Assembly (NCBI GenBank): GCA_963719995.1
Contig: CAVRDW010000005.1
Span: 576,100-640,099 of the forward strand
DNA: 64,000 nt
Direction: 5' to 3'
DNA from: an uncultured beta proteobacterium
GTDB taxonomy: Bacteria > Pseudomonadota > Gammaproteobacteria > Burkholderiales > SG8-39
Under the pieces are notes generated by a model. That model did no database searches and was not told where the DNA came from. It was given only the letters and a program-made list of their open reading frames with translations. Of the stretch, positions 47,285 through 56,658 are shown one piece after another. The position numbers were made by a program, and so were the translations under genes. Every line of letters begins with the position of its first letter. Position 1 is the first letter of the stretch.

Positions 47285-48477
47285 TCGACGCCGCTGCCGC
47301 GATCCGGTTCCGCCTGATGCTGGCGCGCGCCTGCGCATGGGCGCTGCTGGTCGCGGGCTGGATCGGCGTCGGCAGCTTCGCGCTGCTCGTCGCGCCGTCG
47401 GTGAGCAGCGGCTTTGCGCTGGTCGCGCTGTGGCTTTTCGCGCTCGGCGCCGCCGCCGCGGTGGCGACGCGGGGCAGCTTAGGGCAGGCGGTACAGCGGG
47501 CTGCGCTCTGTGCAGGCGCGGCTGCGACGGCCGGCGGGCTCTGGTGGACGGTCCATGGCGGAGGATTGAGCGCGCTGCTGCTCACGCTTGTCGGCTGGGC
47601 CGCATTGACGGCCTTGGCGTCAGGCGTGGTGCGCGGCTTGCGCATCACGCAGGCCGTGGCGCCGAACCCGCCCATCGTTCCCGCAAGCCTGGGTGCGTTG
47701 GTCGCCGCATTGTTCCTGGGTGACATCGGCGACCTGCCGGCGCTCGCGATTCGTCTGATGGCATTCGTCGCGACCATGAGCATCGCCCTGTTCCTGTTGC
47801 AGGCCCGCATCAGCACGGGCGCCGCCAGACAAGGTTGTCGGGCGGGCCTGTTCGATTGTTCCCTGCCGTCATGGCCAGCAGGTGCCTGGCGAGACGTCAT
47901 GCAGTGGCCCACCTTGATTGCGGGGCTGGTCATGCTGCCCACCATGGCGGCGCTGCCGCTGATGGCGGAGTGGTGCCGGGCAGAATCCGTGGCGCCGCAG
48001 ACGATGGTGCTATGGCACCTGTCGGCGATGTTCGGGCCCGCGCTGCTGCTGCGGCGGTGGGTCGCGCAGTGGTCGGCGCGAACCCTCGCGTCCGCGTGCG
48101 CGGCGCTCCTCGCGCTTGGCGCGGCGGCGGCCTTGTGGGCAGCCTCGCCGCTCAATCTTCTGGGGGTGTCGGTTGCGCAGGGCGCCGCCTGGGGACTCGC
48201 CTGGTGCGGCCAATTGTGGGCGCCGGAGCGGCGCGGCCGGCAGGGGGCGTCGCCGCTGGTTGCCGCCGTCGGGTATGCCGCGCTGACGCTCGCGTTCGGC
48301 GTGCTCGTCGATCACGCCGGGGCGCGCGGTGTCCTCCTCATGCACGCTTTCTTCGGCGTTGCGGCGGCGCTGGCTTGGCTGGCGGCAGATGTGGCGCGCC
48401 TCTGGTCCCGGCGACGGAATCCGGCCTCGGCCAGCGTCCATGCGGCGCCCACCAAGGGAGCCCGACCGATTTCGTAG
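47281..48477 (+). CDS. polytopic membrane protein of unknown function (~10-12 TM, MFS-like topology)
   Basis: ATGA overlap with the upstream gene. 398 aa, almost entirely hydrophobic helices, no family motif recognised. Confidence 0.55.
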   Translation: MIDAAAAIRFRLMLARACAWALLVAGWIGVGSFALLVAPSVSSGFALVALWLFALGAAAAVATRGSLGQAVQRAALCAGAAATAGGLWWTVHGGGLSALLLTLVGWAALTALASGVVRGLRITQAVAPNPPIVPASLGALVAALFLGDIGDLPALAIRLMAFVATMSIALFLLQARISTGAARQGCRAGLFDCSLPSWPAGAWRDVMQWPTLIAGLVMLPTMAALPLMAEWCRAESVAPQTMVLWHLSAMFGPALLLRRWVAQWSARTLASACAALLALGAAAALWAASPLNLLGVSVAQGAAWGLAWCGQLWAPERRGRQGASPLVAAVGYAALTLAFGVLVDHAGARGVLLMHAFFGVAAALAWLAADVARLWSRRRNPASASVHAAPTKGARPIS

Positions 48478-48597
48478 CGCGACCGCGCGGGCCGGGCCGC
48501 AGGCTGCCCGATTCCGGCAGCGCGTTGCCACGATTAATCCACGCTGGCGGCAGGTTCGCCGTGCAGGCTCCCTCCACCACCTTTGCACGGGGGAGCC

Positions 48598-49968
48598 ATG
48601 GATCGCGCCCAACTTCTGAAGACCCTTGTCCTCGCCGGCCTTGCGTTCGCGTTGCTCGTGCCGGTGGCCATGATCCGCGACCTGATCGGCGAGCGGCAGG
48701 CGCGGCGCAACGAGGCGGTGCACGGCATCGCCGAGGGCTGGGGCCGCCGCCAGGCGCTCGTCGGCCCGTACCTCGCCGTGCCCTACGAGCGCAGCTGGAC
48801 CGAGATCCAGCGCGACACGGTGGACGGCAAGGAGCGCGTGCGGCGCATCGAGCGCAGCGAGTCGCTGGTGGCGCGCATCCCGGTGGAAACGCTCGACTGG
48901 CAGGTGGAGGCCGTCACGAGCGAGAAGTCCCGCGGCATCTACAGGGCGCGCCTGTATGTCGCGCGCATCCACGCGCAGGGCACGCTCGCGATCCCCGCCA
49001 ACCTCGGCGTCGCCGAGCTGGACGTGCGCCTCCGATGGGGCAAGCCGCGCTTCGCGCTCGGCGTGGCGGACCCGCGCGGCTTGCGCAGCGTGTCCGCGCT
49101 CACGCTGGACGGCGCGACGCACGAGTTCCTGCCCGGCGCGGGCGATCGCATGCTCGCTGCGGGGGTGCATGCGCCGCTCGACCTTCCCGTGCCGGCGCAG
49201 GCGCGCAGCCTCGCGTTCCGCTTCTCGCTCGAGCTCGCCGGCTCGGAAGCCTTCGCCATCGCGCCGCTCGGCCGCCAGACCACGGTCGCGATGCGCGCCG
49301 ACTGGGCGCACCCCTCGTTCCAGGGCGTGTTCCTGCCCGCGCGCCACGAGCTGCGCGCCGACGGCTTCAGCGCGCAGTGGCAGGTCTCCTGGTACGCGGC
49401 GCAGGGCGTGGAGCGCCTCACCGCATGCCGGCGCGAGCCCTGCCCGCTACTCGCGGCGCCCGAGCTCGCCGTCTCCTTCATCGAGCCGGTGAGCCTCTAC
49501 CAGCGGCTCGAGCGCGCCTCCAAGTACGGGTTCCTGTTCATCGGCCTCACGTTCACGGCGTTCGTGCTCATCGAGCTCCTGCGCCGCCTCGCCATCCATC
49601 CGATCCAGTACGCGCTGGTAGGTCTCGCGCTCGCGATCTTCTTCCTGCTGCTCACGGCGCTTGCCGAGCACCTTGCTTTCGGCCTTGCCTACGCGATCGC
49701 GACGCTCGCCTGCACGGGGCTGCTCGCGATCTACCTCGCTCGCGTCCTGCAAGACCGGACGCACGGGCTCGCCTTCGGTGCGGCGCTTGGCGGGTTGTTC
49801 GGGGCCTTGTATCTCCTCGTCCAAGCCGAGGACTACGCCCTGCTCGGAGGCGCGCTCCTGCTCTTCGCGCTGCTTGCGGCCACGATGCTCGCCACGCGAC
49901 GCCTCGACTGGTACCGCCTGACGCGCCGGCAAAACGCCATCGACGCCTCCGCGCAGCCCACGGCGTGA
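48598..49968 (+). CDS. creD: CreD-family inner-membrane (cell envelope integrity) protein
   Basis: MDRAQLLKTLVLAGLAFALLVPVAMIRDLIGERQARRNEAV...GWGRRQALVGPYLAVPY, with a C-terminal cluster of TM helices. Confidence 0.8.
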   Translation: MDRAQLLKTLVLAGLAFALLVPVAMIRDLIGERQARRNEAVHGIAEGWGRRQALVGPYLAVPYERSWTEIQRDTVDGKERVRRIERSESLVARIPVETLDWQVEAVTSEKSRGIYRARLYVARIHAQGTLAIPANLGVAELDVRLRWGKPRFALGVADPRGLRSVSALTLDGATHEFLPGAGDRMLAAGVHAPLDLPVPAQARSLAFRFSLELAGSEAFAIAPLGRQTTVAMRADWAHPSFQGVFLPARHELRADGFSAQWQVSWYAAQGVERLTACRREPCPLLAAPELAVSFIEPVSLYQRLERASKYGFLFIGLTFTAFVLIELLRRLAIHPIQYALVGLALAIFFLLLTALAEHLAFGLAYAIATLACTGLLAIYLARVLQDRTHGLAFGAALGGLFGALYLLVQAEDYALLGGALLLFALLAATMLATRRLDWYRLTRRQNAIDASAQPTA

Positions 49969-50065
49969 CGGATTGCGCGAACGCCCACGATCAGCCAGCC
50001 CGCGCGCTTGCCAAGGCCCGCGGCGGCGGACTACTCTGTGCGCCCCTCTCAGCGGTTCGGCTCGG

Positions 50066-50830
50066 ATGGCGCGCATCGCGGTGTTCAACCAGAAAGGCGG
50101 CGTCGGCAAGACCACGACGACGCTGAACCTTGCCGCGCTCCTTGCGAAGAAGGGCGCCGACCCGCTCGTCATCGACCTCGACCCGCAGGCGCACCTCACC
50201 GGCATCTGCCAGGCGGTGGTCGAGGCCTCCGAGCGCAGCCTCTACGGCTTCTACAGCCGCGGCGCCACGCTCGCGGGGCTCATCAAGTTCACGCCCGGCA
50301 ACCTCAAGATCATCCCGTCGCACCTCGACCTCTCCAAGGTGGACGCACAGTTGGGCAAGGGGCCGCAGGCGCTCAACCGGCTCGCGGCCGGCATCGCCAA
50401 GGAGAACCTCAACACCGACCGGCCGATCCTGTTCGACGCCTGCCCGATGCTTGGCGTCCTCTCGCTCAACGGGGTGTTCGCGGCCGACCGCGTGCTGATC
50501 CCGATCTCGACCGACTACCTCGCGGTGAACGGCGCGGGGCAGATGGACCGCACGCTGCGCGCCCTGGAGCATGTGCTCAAGAAGCGCCTCGAGCGCCGCT
50601 ACGTGCTCACCCGCTTCGACGCGCGGCGCAAGATGTCCTTCGACGTGGAAAGGAAGCTGCGCGAGCGCTTCGGCGCGGACGTGTGCGAGACGCGCATCGC
50701 CGAGAACGTCGCCATCGCCGAAAGCCCCGCGCACCAGAAGGACGTCTTCGCGCACGCCCCCGAGAGCCGCGGCGCGTCCGACTACGCGACGCTGCTCGAC
50801 GAGCTCACCGCCTGCGGCTTCATGCGCTAG
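50066..50830 (+). CDS. ParA/MinD-like P-loop ATPase (orphan)
   Basis: Deviant Walker A MARIAVFNQKGGVGKTTTTLNLA, LVIDLDPQAHLT and LIPISTDYLAV; 254 aa. No parB-like gene is adjacent. Confidence 0.85.
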   Translation: MARIAVFNQKGGVGKTTTTLNLAALLAKKGADPLVIDLDPQAHLTGICQAVVEASERSLYGFYSRGATLAGLIKFTPGNLKIIPSHLDLSKVDAQLGKGPQALNRLAAGIAKENLNTDRPILFDACPMLGVLSLNGVFAADRVLIPISTDYLAVNGAGQMDRTLRALEHVLKKRLERRYVLTRFDARRKMSFDVERKLRERFGADVCETRIAENVAIAESPAHQKDVFAHAPESRGASDYATLLDELTACGFMR

Positions 50831-50879
50831 CGCGCAGGCGGCTGCATGGGCCGGGCGGCGCGCCGGCCCGGGGCGCCGG

Positions 50880-51095
50880 CTACTTCGCCTGCTTGTTGAT
50901 CGCCGAGAGCACGCTCTCGAAGTCCAGGCCCTCGGTCGCCGCCGGCGCCGCCACCTCGCGGCACTCGAGAAACTCGCAGTCGCGATAGATCTGCGCGAGC
51001 TTCTTCTCGGCTTCCAGGCGGTCGCGCGCGTGCACCGTGAGGTTCTCCACGATGATGCCGGTGCGCGCGCGGATCTTGAAGGTGTACTTGTACAT
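50880..51095 (-). CDS. hypothetical small protein (71 aa)
   Basis: An ORF with normal composition (MYKYTFKIRARTGIIVENLTVHARDRLEAEKKLAQIYRDCEFLECREV...), convergent with the ParA-like gene. No motif recognised. Confidence 0.5.
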   Translation of the reverse strand: MYKYTFKIRARTGIIVENLTVHARDRLEAEKKLAQIYRDCEFLECREVAAPAATEGLDFESVLSAINKQAK

Positions 51096-51122
51096 GTCCT
51101 CGCAGGCCGGGCGCCCGGGCGC

Positions 51123-51482
51123 CTAGGGAGACTCTGGTCTATTCGCGCGGTGGCGCGTTGCGGCCGGAACGCGGCGCCGGCTAGGCGCAAGGCCGCAGCG
51201 ATATGTCGATATCGCAAGGCCGAGCAACAACGCCGGCGCCCGTGTCATCGCGCTATCGTAAGCCAACCGTCGAGGACTTCCGGCCGCAACCCGAAGGCGG
51301 CGAGGCCTTTGCCGTGAACCCCCGCCTCGCGGCCTCGCCGCCTGGAGGGACGGGGTGATTTTCGCGCATGGCTTCGCCATCGGCCGCCTTGTGGACGTCA
51401 AGTACACGGCGGCGTCCGCTGTCTCGCCCTGCACGAAAATCGCCACCGTCGCGCACGCGGGAATAGATCAGAGTCTCCCTAG
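51123..51482 (-). mobile_element. 360-bp MITE-like element, copy B (inverted relative to copy A)
   Basis: Same length and the same termini (CTAGGGAGACTCTGGTCTATTCGCGCG ... CGCGGGAATAGATCAGAGTCTCCCTAG). The internal sequence is the reverse complement of 34938..35297 with scattered substitutions. Confidence 0.8.
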
Positions 51483-51865
51483 CTCAGCTGCCAGGCGATC
51501 ATCAGCACGCCCGCGATCGACACGAGCCAGCTCCCCGTGCGCAGCCAGGGCAGGCCGCCGATGTAGCACACCGCGTAGGCGACGCGCGCCCAGAAGAAGA
51601 GCTTCGCGCCGAGCAGCGTCGTGGGGTTCGTCGTGCCGGTCACCACCACCGCGAGCACCACGGCGGCGAACAGCACCAGGTTCTGCGCCATGTTGTCGTT
51701 CGCGCGCACCGCGCGGCCGCCCCAGCCGGGCAGCTCGGGCAGGTTGGCGCGGTTGCCGACCGTCGCCATCAGGCCGGAGTGGCTGTACAGCGCCACGACG
51801 GTGATGAGCATGTGCACGATCGCGAGCAGGACGGACCAGGTGAGATACATGATTTCCGGCTTCAT
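51479..51865 (-). CDS. MAPEG-family membrane protein
   Basis: Met 7 of ORF 51479..51883; 128 aa; four helices; RAVRANDNMAQNLVLF and FFWARVAYAVCY motifs. The TAG stop lies inside the terminal CTAG of MITE copy B. Confidence 0.7.
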   Translation of the reverse strand: MKPEIMYLTWSVLLAIVHMLITVVALYSHSGLMATVGNRANLPELPGWGGRAVRANDNMAQNLVLFAAVVLAVVVTGTTNPTTLLGAKLFFWARVAYAVCYIGGLPWLRTGSWLVSIAGVLMIAWQLS

Positions 51866-51924
51866 GAAGGCCTCCCTTCCCAAGAGTCGATGGGGTGCGG
51901 CTTGCTACGGCGGCTACAGTATCA

Positions 51925-54033
51925 CTACCCGCGTTGCCGCAGGCGCTCGAGACTGCCGCGGTTGTCGAAGAACACCCGGGGCCGCGCGCCGCCCGAATCG
52001 CAGCGCTCCCCGGCGAGCTGCGCGTTCATGTTGCGTCGCGTGCTGCTGGAGAGCACCCAGCCGAGCGGCACGTTGGTGGACTCGCGGCAAAGCCCGAAGT
52101 GAAAGAAGTTGTCCCCGCCGACGTGCGCGGCGAGCGTCTCGCGCGCGTAGGTACCGCGCGCCTCGCGCGTGCTGAGCAGCGTCTGCAGGGGCGAGCCGAT
52201 CTCCGGCATCCAGCGCGCCGGGCTGATCTTCGGGTGGCCGGCCCCCTGCGCCAGAGTCTCGGGCGGGTAGCTGCGGTTCACCGGCTCGTTGCTGATGTGG
52301 ATGACGATCGGCTCGACCCTGCGCCAACGCGGATCTTCCTTGCGATCGGCCGCCATCAGGTTGATGGTCTTCGCAACCTCGAGCGTGGCGGTGGCACCAG
52401 AGTTCTCGAAGTAGCCGCCGTCCACCACGCGGCCGTACGCCGCGCCGCTCTTCGCCAGCGTGCCGGCAGGGCTTACATAGGTGAAACGCGCGCTCATGTG
52501 CATGGCGGTGGAAAGGCGCAATCCCTGCGGGGCGAAAAAGGCGTGCGCGTCCTCGGCGTCCACGAAGTCCTGCGCGCCGATCTCCGCCTGGCTTGCGATG
52601 ATGCGCTTGCCCGTCTCCACCCAGGTCGCGTTCAGAAACAGCACCGGTGCCCAGCCCTGCGCCTCTCGCAGGCGCGCCATCGGCTCGGCCAGGCGATCGC
52701 TCCCCTGCACCTCGCGGCGCCAGGCGCGCTCCCAGGCCTGCTCCAGCGCCAACGCGCGGTCGAAATGCGCCACGGGAAATGGCAGCAGCCGCTGCAAGAG
52801 GTCCGGGTAGAGCAGCGCCGCCACCACCGGCGAAAGAAAGTCCGCGCCCAGGATCTTTTGTGCCGATTGCTTCGCGATCAGCGCGTTGCCCGCACGCTGC
52901 TCGGCGAGGAGCGCTGCGAAGACGCCCGCGCCCAGGCTGCCGCCCGATACCCCCGAGAGCGAAAAGAGCTGCGAGCCGAACCGGGGCATGGCGCCCTGGA
53001 TCTCGCCCAGCACGCTCGCCGTCCAGTACGCCGCGCGGATGCCGCCGCCCTCGGCGTTGACGAGGAACAGCGGATAGGCTTTCGCCTTGGGCGGCTGGTG
53101 CTTCAGCCATTCGCGCAGCAGCGCACGCACATCGGGCCGGGTCCCGGCCTCCGGTTGCTGCGCGGGGAGCGTGCGCACCGCGTGGTTGTCGTTCAAGGGA
53201 CTGAAGAGCACCGCCAGCGCGAACAGGCCGAGGAACACCGGCACGCGCAGCTTCATGCCGAGGCTGTCGAGCGCGCTACCCGCCGCGATCCACCCGGTCG
53301 CGGCGAAAAGCATGATCGCAGCCGTGCCGACGGCCGGCGCCACGTCCTGCAAGCGCAGGACGAAGACGAGCAGCAGCGTCACCGCGGCGAGCACCGCCGC
53401 GGCGAGAAAGCCGAGCGTTGGCCCGCCGAGCGAGCGCAGGCCCGCGGTGCCGTACGCCTCCTCCGCGGGCATCTTCACGTTGAGCATTTCCACCGCGCGC
53501 CCCGGCCGGATGCGCGAGAACTGGCGGTGCAGGAATCTCAGCAAGCGCCGGCGGTACGTGACGGTGACAAAGAACGCCACGCTGCCAGCCAGGCACCCCA
53601 GCGCATAGCGCTCGAGGAGCTCGCGTACTCGTGCGTGCTCAGCCTCGGAGTAGCCCTGCGCCGCAAGCCAGAGCGCGGCCGCCACGCCCGCCGCGGCGAG
53701 CGTGCCGAGCCAGCGCGGCATCCAGGTGCGATAGCGACGCAACCCCTCCACATTGCCGGGCACGCCGGGAAACGCCAGCCGCAGCATCACGCGCGCCCAG
53801 TACCACGCGTACAGCGACCATGCGAGCACGCCGCCGAAGAAGAGGACCCACTGCGCCGTCTCCCGCTCGCTCGATTGGCGCTCGGCGAGCGCGCGCACCA
53901 CGTCCTGGCCCTGCTCGGCAAAGACGAGAAACACGAGTACCGCGGCGACCATGACCACCGCGAAGCGGGCCGGCTTCGTCGCCACGAGCCGGTCGAGGAA
54001 GCACAGCCAGAGGCCGTGCAGGCGCTTGAGCAT
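51925..54033 (-). CDS. patatin-like phospholipase with a long N-terminal polytopic membrane domain
   Basis: About 330 aa containing 7-8 hydrophobic helices. The patatin motifs follow: FLVNAEGGGIRAAY (oxyanion GGxR), GVSGGS (GxSxG) and VVDGGYFENSG (catalytic DGG). Confidence 0.8.
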   Translation of the reverse strand: MLKRLHGLWLCFLDRLVATKPARFAVVMVAAVLVFLVFAEQGQDVVRALAERQSSERETAQWVLFFGGVLAWSLYAWYWARVMLRLAFPGVPGNVEGLRRYRTWMPRWLGTLAAAGVAAALWLAAQGYSEAEHARVRELLERYALGCLAGSVAFFVTVTYRRRLLRFLHRQFSRIRPGRAVEMLNVKMPAEEAYGTAGLRSLGGPTLGFLAAAVLAAVTLLLVFVLRLQDVAPAVGTAAIMLFAATGWIAAGSALDSLGMKLRVPVFLGLFALAVLFSPLNDNHAVRTLPAQQPEAGTRPDVRALLREWLKHQPPKAKAYPLFLVNAEGGGIRAAYWTASVLGEIQGAMPRFGSQLFSLSGVSGGSLGAGVFAALLAEQRAGNALIAKQSAQKILGADFLSPVVAALLYPDLLQRLLPFPVAHFDRALALEQAWERAWRREVQGSDRLAEPMARLREAQGWAPVLFLNATWVETGKRIIASQAEIGAQDFVDAEDAHAFFAPQGLRLSTAMHMSARFTYVSPAGTLAKSGAAYGRVVDGGYFENSGATATLEVAKTINLMAADRKEDPRWRRVEPIVIHISNEPVNRSYPPETLAQGAGHPKISPARWMPEIGSPLQTLLSTREARGTYARETLAAHVGGDNFFHFGLCRESTNVPLGWVLSSSTRRNMNAQLAGERCDSGGARPRVFFDNRGSLERLRQRG

Positions 54034-54117
54034 GCGGGTTGCCTCCGGGCGCGATACTGAACCTGTCGTGTGGCCCGCGCACGATCTAATTTTCAGATAT
54101 CTGGCGTTTGGCGCACT

Positions 54118-54561
54118 TCAGCGCTCGAGCGCCTTCGGCCAGTTGCCATCGGCCTTGCGGATGTAGCCGGGCACGTCCTTCAGCCAGTCCGCGCGCACGC
54201 CCAGGCTGTAGTTGAGATAGAGCTTGCCGCCCACCACGCTCCAGGCCTCCGGAACCGTGGAAACGGTGTAGCCGTTCGCGACGCCATAAGCGCAGTAGCC
54301 GCCGTATTGCGGCGCGAACTTGTCGGGTGCGACGGCGAAGGCGTCGCGATTCTGCGCGCTCGCGAAACGCCAGGTCGCGCCCTTCCACTGGTGGGTGAAC
54401 TGCCGCGACCCTTCGACCGGCTTGCCTTCGGTGAAGAAGGCGACCGGGTCGTAGCCGCGGATGGCCGCGCCGACCCAGGAGGAGTAGACCTCGGACTTCT
54501 GCGCCAGCACGGGCACAGCGAATGCGAGCACGGCGGCGAGGAACAGGATTCGGGCAGTCAT
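54118..54561 (-). CDS. YHS-domain-containing periplasmic protein
   Basis: Signal peptide, then AIRGYDPVAFFTEGKPVEG...WKGATWRFASAQNRDAF...APQYGGYCAYG...GGKLYLNY. Confidence 0.75.
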   Translation of the reverse strand: MTARILFLAAVLAFAVPVLAQKSEVYSSWVGAAIRGYDPVAFFTEGKPVEGSRQFTHQWKGATWRFASAQNRDAFAVAPDKFAPQYGGYCAYGVANGYTVSTVPEAWSVVGGKLYLNYSLGVRADWLKDVPGYIRKADGNWPKALER

Positions 54562-54654
54562 GGCTCGGTCTCCGGCGGGCGTTTCCCGTTCGTCGCAGGA
54601 CGGGACGCGGCCTTACTGCGCGAACCGCGCACCGGCCGCAGTTGCCGCCCTGGC

Positions 54655-56037
54655 TCAAACCACGCGCCCCGGGTTGAGGATGCCCTTCGGGTCAAGCGCC
54701 TGCTTCAGCGTGCGCATCAGCGCGATCTCGGCCGGGCTGCGCGAGACTGGCAGCCAGTGCTTCTTCTCCAGCCCGATGCCGTGCTCGGCGGAGATCGACC
54801 CGCCCATCTGCTGCAGCGGCGCGTAGACGATGCGCTCGACCGCGGGGCGCGCATCCGCCGGCAGGCCGTCGGGGCTGATGACCAGGTGCAGGTTGCCGTC
54901 GCCCATGTGCCCGAAGACAAAGGCGCGCACGCTCGGCCAGCACGCGCTCAGGCCGGCCTTCACGCCCGCGACGTAGGCCTGCATCCCGGCAACCGGCACC
55001 GACACGTCGAAGGCGAACGGCAGGCCCCAGCGCGCCGTTTGCAGGACGTCGTCGCGCAGCGCCCAGATCGCAGCGACTTCAGCCTGCGACTGCGCGAGCA
55101 CGGCGTCGGCGACCAGCCCCTGCTCCACCGCCTTCTCGAACGCCGACTGGAACCGAGCGGCATCTCCCGCCGCATCGCCGCCCAGCGACTCGATCAGCAC
55201 GTAGAAGGGCGCTCCGTGCGGCAGCGGGGCGCGCCCCTTGGCCGGCGGCATGGTGACCAGCTCGTAGAACTCCGGCCACATCACCTCGAAGGCCGACAGC
55301 CCGCCCCCCAGCGCGCGATCCATGTGCTTGAGCAGCGCTACCAGCGCATCGAACCCGGGCACCGCGACGAAGGCCACGTCCTGCCGCGCGGGCTTCTCCC
55401 GCAGCCGCAGCACGAGCCGGGTGATCACCCCCAGCGTGCCCTCGGAGCCAATGAACAGGTGCTTCAGGTCGTAGCCCGAGTTGTTCTTGATCAGCCGGTT
55501 CATCGCCGGGATCACGGTGCCGTCGGCCAGGACGGCCTCCAGGCCGAGCACCATCTCGCGCGTCATGCCGAAGCGCAGCACGCGGTTGCCGCCGGCGTTG
55601 GTGGACGCGTTGCCGCCCAGCGTGGCGCTGCCGCGCGCCCCGAGGTCGAGCGGGAACGCCAGGCCCTGCTCGTCGGCAGCCTCCTGCAGCTGCTGCAGCG
55701 TCACGCCGGCCTCGACCACCGCTACGCGCTGCACCGGATCGATCGAGTCGATCGCGCGCATGCGCTCCAGCGACAGCACCACGTCGCCGGGTGTAGTGTC
55801 GGCGCCGTGCACGAGCCCGGTGAGGCCCCCGTGCGTGATCACCGGCTGGCCGGCGGCGTGGCAAAGCGCGAGCGCAGTGGAGACCTCGCCCGTGCTTGCC
55901 GGTCGAATGAGCAGCCGCGCGCGCACCGGCTGCCGGTGCATCCAGTCCTCGGTGCGCCCCGCGAGGCCTTCCCCCGCGAGCAGCGCCTCGGCGGGCAGCG
56001 CCGCCTTCAGTCGGGCGAGCAGGCTCGGGTCGATCAT
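54655..56037 (-). CDS. FAD-binding oxidoreductase (GlcD/D-lactate dehydrogenase-like, FAD_binding_4)
   Basis: Met 208 of ORF 54655..56658. PVITHGGLTGLVHGA, C-terminal GGSISAEHGIGLEKK and LDPKGILNPG. Confidence 0.85.
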   Translation of the reverse strand: MIDPSLLARLKAALPAEALLAGEGLAGRTEDWMHRQPVRARLLIRPASTGEVSTALALCHAAGQPVITHGGLTGLVHGADTTPGDVVLSLERMRAIDSIDPVQRVAVVEAGVTLQQLQEAADEQGLAFPLDLGARGSATLGGNASTNAGGNRVLRFGMTREMVLGLEAVLADGTVIPAMNRLIKNNSGYDLKHLFIGSEGTLGVITRLVLRLREKPARQDVAFVAVPGFDALVALLKHMDRALGGGLSAFEVMWPEFYELVTMPPAKGRAPLPHGAPFYVLIESLGGDAAGDAARFQSAFEKAVEQGLVADAVLAQSQAEVAAIWALRDDVLQTARWGLPFAFDVSVPVAGMQAYVAGVKAGLSACWPSVRAFVFGHMGDGNLHLVISPDGLPADARPAVERIVYAPLQQMGGSISAEHGIGLEKKHWLPVSRSPAEIALMRTLKQALDPKGILNPGRVV

Positions 56038-56658
56038 CGCGGTTCCCTCTGGGCCAACTGCTCGCGCAGCATGAACACCATGCGGTCCGCCTCCGTGCCG
56101 GGCGGGAACAGGATCACGAACCGTCCCTCGCGGTCGAGCAGGAACGTATAGGCGGTGTGGTCGATGGCGTAGGTGCCGGTGTTGGGCAGCGGCACTTTCT
56201 CGAAGAACACCTTGTAATCGGTGGCCACCCGCCGGACTTCCTCCTCGGTGCCGGTGAGCGCGACGAAGCGGGGATGGAACACCGACGCGTACTCGCGCAG
56301 CACCGCAGGCGTATCGCGCTGCGGATCGAGCGTGATGAAGATCGGTTGCACTGCGTCGGCGGCGGCGCCCAGCTCGCGCAACGCCAGGCCGATCGTCGCC
56401 AGGTCGGTCGGGCAGACGTCCGGGCACGTGGCGTAGCCGAAATACAGCAGGACCAGCTTGCCCTTGAAGTCGGCGAGCGCGACGCGCCGCCCGATCCGGA
56501 TCGCTGAGCGCGAACGGGCCGCCCACCGGGTACTTGCCCGACATCAGCTCGTTCATCAGGCGCGCCGCATCTGCGCGCCGCTCCTGCGGCGGCGGCTGCG
56601 CGCAAGCTGCAAGCAACGCGGCCGCCGCGATGACCGCGGCCGCGGCCCCGCCCCTCAC
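56034..56658 (-). pseudogene. SCO1/SenC-family copper chaperone, frame disrupted by one extra base at ~56493 (pseudogene or assembly indel)
   Basis: The N-terminal part (signal, then GKYPVGGPFALSDPD) is in one frame. GRRVALADFKGKLVLLYFGYATCPDVCPTDL...IFITLDPQRDTP...AIDHTAYTFLLDREG is in another. The CxxxC thioredoxin motif is intact. The span is 625 nt (3n+1). Confidence 0.8.
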
